64,000 nucleotides of DNA from the human T2T-CHM13v2.0 reference genome, Homo sapiens: the NCBI RefSeq assembly GCF_009914755.1, contig NC_060930.1. One strand, 5' to 3'. The notes below the pieces were generated by a model, which saw nothing but the letters and a program-made list of their open reading frames with translations, was not told where the DNA came from and did no database searches. Positions 51,292 through 64,000 of this stretch are shown here, in pieces. How positions within the stretch are numbered: the stretch's first letter is position 1; the number at the start of each line of letters is the position of its first letter. The position numbers were made by a program, and so were the translations under genes.

Positions 51292-51484
51292 AAATGGCCA
51301 GAGCCTTGCGGGGTCCCGGTCCTCGCAGCTCCCTGGATCAGCATGTGGCAGCGGTCGTGGCCACTGTGCAGATATCCAGCTTGGACACAAACCTGCAGCT
51401 TTCAGGGCTCTCTGCCCTCTCTCAGGCTGTGGAGGAGGTCACTGAGCGGGACCACCCTCTGGTCCGTCCTGACAGATCGCTGAG
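51292..51484 (+). CDS. CUL9: CUL9 exon 8
   Basis: ttcag|AAATG...TGAG|gttag; MARALRGPGPRSSLDQHVAAVV...; 193 nt. Confidence 0.92.
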
Positions 51485-51639
51485 GTTAGCATACTGGGGA
51501 GGGAAGAGGTTTTGGTTGAAGCTGTAGGCAAAGGATGGTGGTAGCGGGGAAGGAGCTTTGAGATCACGAATTAGAAAAGCTTGGGGTGAGGGAAGGCTCA
51601 GCCTGAGGAGCAGCCGAGCAGGAGGGTTGGATGTTTTAA

Positions 51640-55540
<3,901 letters not shown>

Positions 55541-55788
55541 GGTGAGCCAGAGTTTATAAACATTTTTTCTAATGCCTCCTTCATTAGCCGAGGAGCCAGA
55601 GGCAGTTAGGCTGCAGAGGGGAGGGGATTGGGGTGAGACTGAAGCCAGGAGAGCAGGTTTGGGTGGGGCAGAGAGGATGGACTAGATCTTGGTGGATGGG
55701 ATTGGTCAGGGAGTCCGACGGTGCCATGGCTGGGAGGTCAGGCAAGACTCCTTGGGATGGGGAGCCCCAATATCTCTTCTCTTGTCAG

Positions 55789-55996
55789 AGAGAAGCTAGT
55801 GAAGATGCTGGTGGAGCTGCTGACCAACCAGGTGGGAGAGAAGATGGTGGTCGTGCAGGCCCTGCGCCTCCTTTACCTGCTCATGACCAAGCACGAGTGG
55901 CGGCCGCTCTTTGCCAGGGAGGGTGGCATCTATGCTGTGCTGGTCTGCATGCAAGAATATAAGACTTCTGTCTTGGTGCAGCAGGCTGGGCTGGCG
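55789..55996 (+). CDS. CUL9: CUL9 exon 9 (ARM-like region)
   Basis: gtcag|AGAGA...GGCG|gtgag; EKLVKMLVELLTNQVGEKMVVVQALRLLYLLM; 208 nt. Confidence 0.94.
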
Positions 55997-56160
55997 GTGA
56001 GTACATTGGGCCTGGCGGGAGAGAACAATGGGCAAGACAGGCAGACTGGGGACTACTGATCTTGAGGGGGTACTTTGGTGCTTCAGATCAGTGAGTAGAC
56101 TTTGGAATGGAAAGATGCAGATGGTTTTAAGAGTTTGATCTGGACATTCTTCGGGATTAA

Positions 56161-58500
<2,340 letters not shown>

Positions 58501-58856
58501 TGCTGCGAGGGGCACCATCCTGAAGGGAAGATACAGGAGGGGCGGCTGTCCCACTCTGGTAGCCTTGGTGCTGCGAGCCTGGAGGCCAAGAGGAGTGGAA
58601 GGCTGATTTTACCATCCAGTCTCAGAGTTTTTTGTTGTTGTTTAGTTTCTTTCCTTTTTTCTTTTCCTTCCTCCCTCCCTCCTTCCCTCTCTTTGTAGTA
58701 TTTGATGTCCCATCACTACCTCTTCCATTTCTGTCTCCTACTCTACCTATCTGCAAACAGCTCAGCTGCCCCAAAGTTTGAGGTCTAGAATGAGGCCTAC
58801 CTTTCCTCATGGTGACTCTGCCCCCTCCTCACTCTGCTTTCACATCCCCCTCACAG

Positions 58857-59053
58857 GCACTGAAGATGCTGGCCGTCGCCAGCTCCTCGGAGATCCCCAC
58901 TTTTGTTACTGGCCGAGATTCTATCCACTCTTTGTTTGATGCTCAGATGACCAGAGAGATCTTCGCCAGCATCGACTCAGCCACACGCCCGGGCTCTGAG
59001 AGCCTGCTCCTCACTGTCCCTGCAGCCGTGATCCTGATGCTGAATACTGAGGG
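58857..59053 (+). CDS. CUL9: CUL9 exon 10
   Basis: cacag|GCACT...GAGGG|gtcag; ALKMLAVASSSEIP...; 197 nt. Confidence 0.92.
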
Positions 59054-59432
59054 GTCAGGGCATTACCTTCCCAACTCCAGGCTCCTGCTTAGTCCCAAAC
59101 CCTGCTACTCCTGTGCTCCAGGCTCATGTACTCCACAGAAATTCCCCTCACGCTGTCACCTCCGGATTAAGCATTGGTGGCGCTGCCAACTGTTGTTGGA
59201 GGAGAACCCAAGTGGATTGGGGATAGGGAGATTCCCAGAGAGGGCAGAGACACACTGACTTCCCTTTATGGGTTTGGGAGGAGTGGCCCAAGGTCAGGGG
59301 ATCAGATGTCCTGGCTCAGAGGGCCCACTGGAGCCCTTTGCTCCCTAGCTGCCCGGCCTTCTATGCTTGCTTTGCTGCTTCCATTGCATTCATGGTCTCT
59401 CAGTTTCTTCCTGGTCACCTCCCTCCTCCCAG

Positions 59433-59650
59433 GTGCTCTTCTGCAGCGAGAAATGGCTTACTCCTGCTCAACCTACTTTTGTGCAACCACCACACTCTGG
59501 GAGACCAGATTATAACCCAAGAGCTGAGAGACACGTTGTTTAGGCACTCAGGGATAGCACCAAGAACAGAACCTATGCCTACCACACGCACCATCCTCAT
59601 GATGCTTCTCAATCGCTACTCAGAGCCGCCGGGCAGCCCTGAGCGTGCAG
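59433..59650 (+). CDS. CUL9: CUL9 exon 11
   Basis: cccag|GTGCT...GCAG|gtacc; CSSAARNGLLLLNLLLCNHH...; 218 nt. Confidence 0.93.
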
Positions 59651-59838
59651 GTACCATTGTGGAGGGGTGGTTTTGCAGAGGAATCACACAGTGCCAGCCA
59701 GGTTTACATATCAGCTCCTTACTGGAAAGATACAAGGAAACTTCAGGAAATGAGCAAGCATTGTGCTCAAGTTAGGTCTTAAGTAGAACTTCCCGACCAA
59801 GAAGAGGGAGACTGTGGAATATGTGCAAGGAAATTGCA

Positions 59839-61101
<1,263 letters not shown>

Positions 61102-61395
61102 TCATCATAGTTAATATTTACTATAACTAACATTTAATAATAGGACTATAAGAGATTTAAAATGTCTTGTGTTTAACTCGACAGTGTTTGCTATACTAGG
61201 TTTTTTTTTCAAATCTGATTAGGTTTGTATTTGGGGTCAGGAAAGAAAACCCCTCATAGTTTGGTTAAAAACTATAGACATCCTCAATATAGAAGGAAAA
61301 TTTTGGGGTGATTTTCTGGACCTTCCCAGTTCTCAGTTTGACAAACTGGTAAGACTCTTCATCCACATTTTTCCCTCTGGTGTGTCTGGCTGCAG

Positions 61396-62306
<911 letters not shown>

Positions 62307-62715
62307 TAAGAATCTCCAGAACTGGAATCTTTGAAGTATAAACCTTTTAGATGATTTTAGATTTGGAGTTTAGATTCTGGACTAAGGAGAAGCCCACATT
62401 CACCAATCCAGACAGCTGTCCTCCCTTCCGGGTTTGTGCATTGGAGAGCAAGGCTCAGGCACCAGGGTTAACATAGCTTGGCCTGGCAGGAAGCAGCCTG
62501 GAAAGCTGTGCCCAAGCTCTGTTCTGCCAACTCACTCTGGAGTCCCAGCACTCCTCTATTTTACTCCACCCTGAATTTGGTACTCTTGTTTCCCTGGGCG
62601 TTGGCATGTCTCCACAATCTCAGCCACGACACTTCCTTTACTGAACCCTCTCCTCAATCCTTACATGTCCTACCTCTTGTTTCCTGTAAATTAATCTATG
62701 TGGCTCTGGGCTCAG

Positions 62716-62943
62716 ATTGTTCAGGAGCTGACCTGCTTCCTACATCGCCTGGCCTCGATGCATAAGGACTATGCTGTGGTGCTCTGCTGCCTGGGAGCAA
62801 AAGAGATCCTCTCCAAAGTCCTGGACAAGCACTCAGCTCAGCTGCTGCTGGGCTGTGAGCTTCGGGACCTGGTGACAGAGTGTGAGAAGTACGCACAGCT
62901 CTATAGCAACCTCACCTCCAGCATCCTGGCCGGCTGCATTCAG
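62716..62943 (+). CDS. CUL9: CUL9 exon 14
   Basis: ctcag|ATTGT...TCAG|gtgag; IVQELTCFLHRLASMHKDYAVVLCCLGAKE...; 228 nt. Confidence 0.94.
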
Positions 62944-63132
62944 GTGAGGAGCGGCTGTGGGTATGCAGCTGAGAGAATGCAAGTCAGAAGCAGGAGAAGG
63001 GGATTCACTGTGTTCCTCTTTGGTATCCCTGTTTGGCACAGGTTGTAGCAAATCTGGGGCACTTGTTTCCTAACCTTGACTCCACATGGTTCTGTCAAAA
63101 TGTGGGGAGAGAGGAGTTGAGTATACCGTTGA

Positions 63133-63315
<183 letters not shown>

Positions 63316-63449
63316 TAGTGCCCTCATCTGCTTTCTCCTGGCTCCCATCCAGTGTCTGTTCTCCCCTTCCCTTCCTGCTCCTTAGACCTTTTCCTTTTTC
63401 CTCTCAACTAACCTAGCTGTGACTGCCACCCCTTCCCACTTGCCCCCAG

Positions 63450-63621
63450 GCTCCAGTGTGGAAGTGAAGGAGGACAAGTGCTGGGAGAAGGTGGAGGTGT
63501 CCTCCAACCCGCACCGAGCCAGCAAGCTGACGGACCACAACCCCAAGACCTACTGGGAGTCCAACGGCAGCACCGGCTCCCACTACATCACCCTGCACAT
63601 GCACCGTGGTGTTCTTGTTAG
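63450..63621 (+). CDS. CUL9: CUL9 exon 16 (start of DOC/APC10-like domain); gene continues beyond the window
   Basis: cccag|GCTCC...TTAG|gtgtg; [50 protein letters not shown]; 172 nt. Confidence 0.94.
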
Positions 63622-64000
63622 GTGTGAACACACATATATGAATGTTCTGCTGTGCCCCAGGATACTTCCCCAAAGCACCCAGATACACACAACCCCAGCT
63701 ATAACCCCAATGCCTGAGGGACACACTCAAACCTATTTTGTGCAGTGAACACATAGACACATTGACCTGCCTTTGCTGAGTATAGACATCCCCTCACTCC
63801 CAGAGTCTGGTGATCTGTACTCCAACAGGTACAGATGGCACTGCCCTGTGCTTAGTGTTGAGGGAGATAAACAGCTCACTTATCCATTTCTCCTTTGGGC
63901 ATTTGCTTAATGCCAGGCATTTGTGTCAGGCACTGTGCAAGGGTCTCGAAATAGAAGGACAATAAGATATGGTACCTACATTCCAGCTGGGGAGCTACAC

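Overview
Human (or near-identical great-ape) genomic DNA from the PTK7-SRF-CUL9 cluster (6p21.1), with all three genes on the + strand. It contains the last 13 coding exons of the receptor pseudokinase PTK7 (1608-23659, poly(A) signal 24472), a ~9.5 kb Alu-saturated spacer, the complete 7-exon SRF gene (CArG/ETS/CCAAT promoter ~33880-34060, ATG 34419, stop 41963, distal poly(A) signal 44253) and, ~0.7 kb downstream, the CUL9 promoter, non-coding exon 1 and coding exons 2-16 (from 47080; the gene runs off the window). All exon boundaries were read from GT-AG sites and their phases are mutually consistent (SRF sums to 508 aa). Most ORF-track entries are Alu-derived or GC-rich antisense artefacts. 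I see no novel multi-gene system. The best candidates for undescribed biology are post-transcriptional: an in-frame SRF uORF ending in UGA-C, an in-frame SRF exon 6 to CUL9 exon 2 read-through junction, an antisense Alu in CUL9 intron 12 that could add ~100 in-frame codons, an inverted AluY pair and CA repeat around the skippable SRF exon 5, and a motif-dense SRF intron 2 enhancer. Exon and residue numbering and repeat-family names come from recall, not a search; repeat boundaries are approximate.
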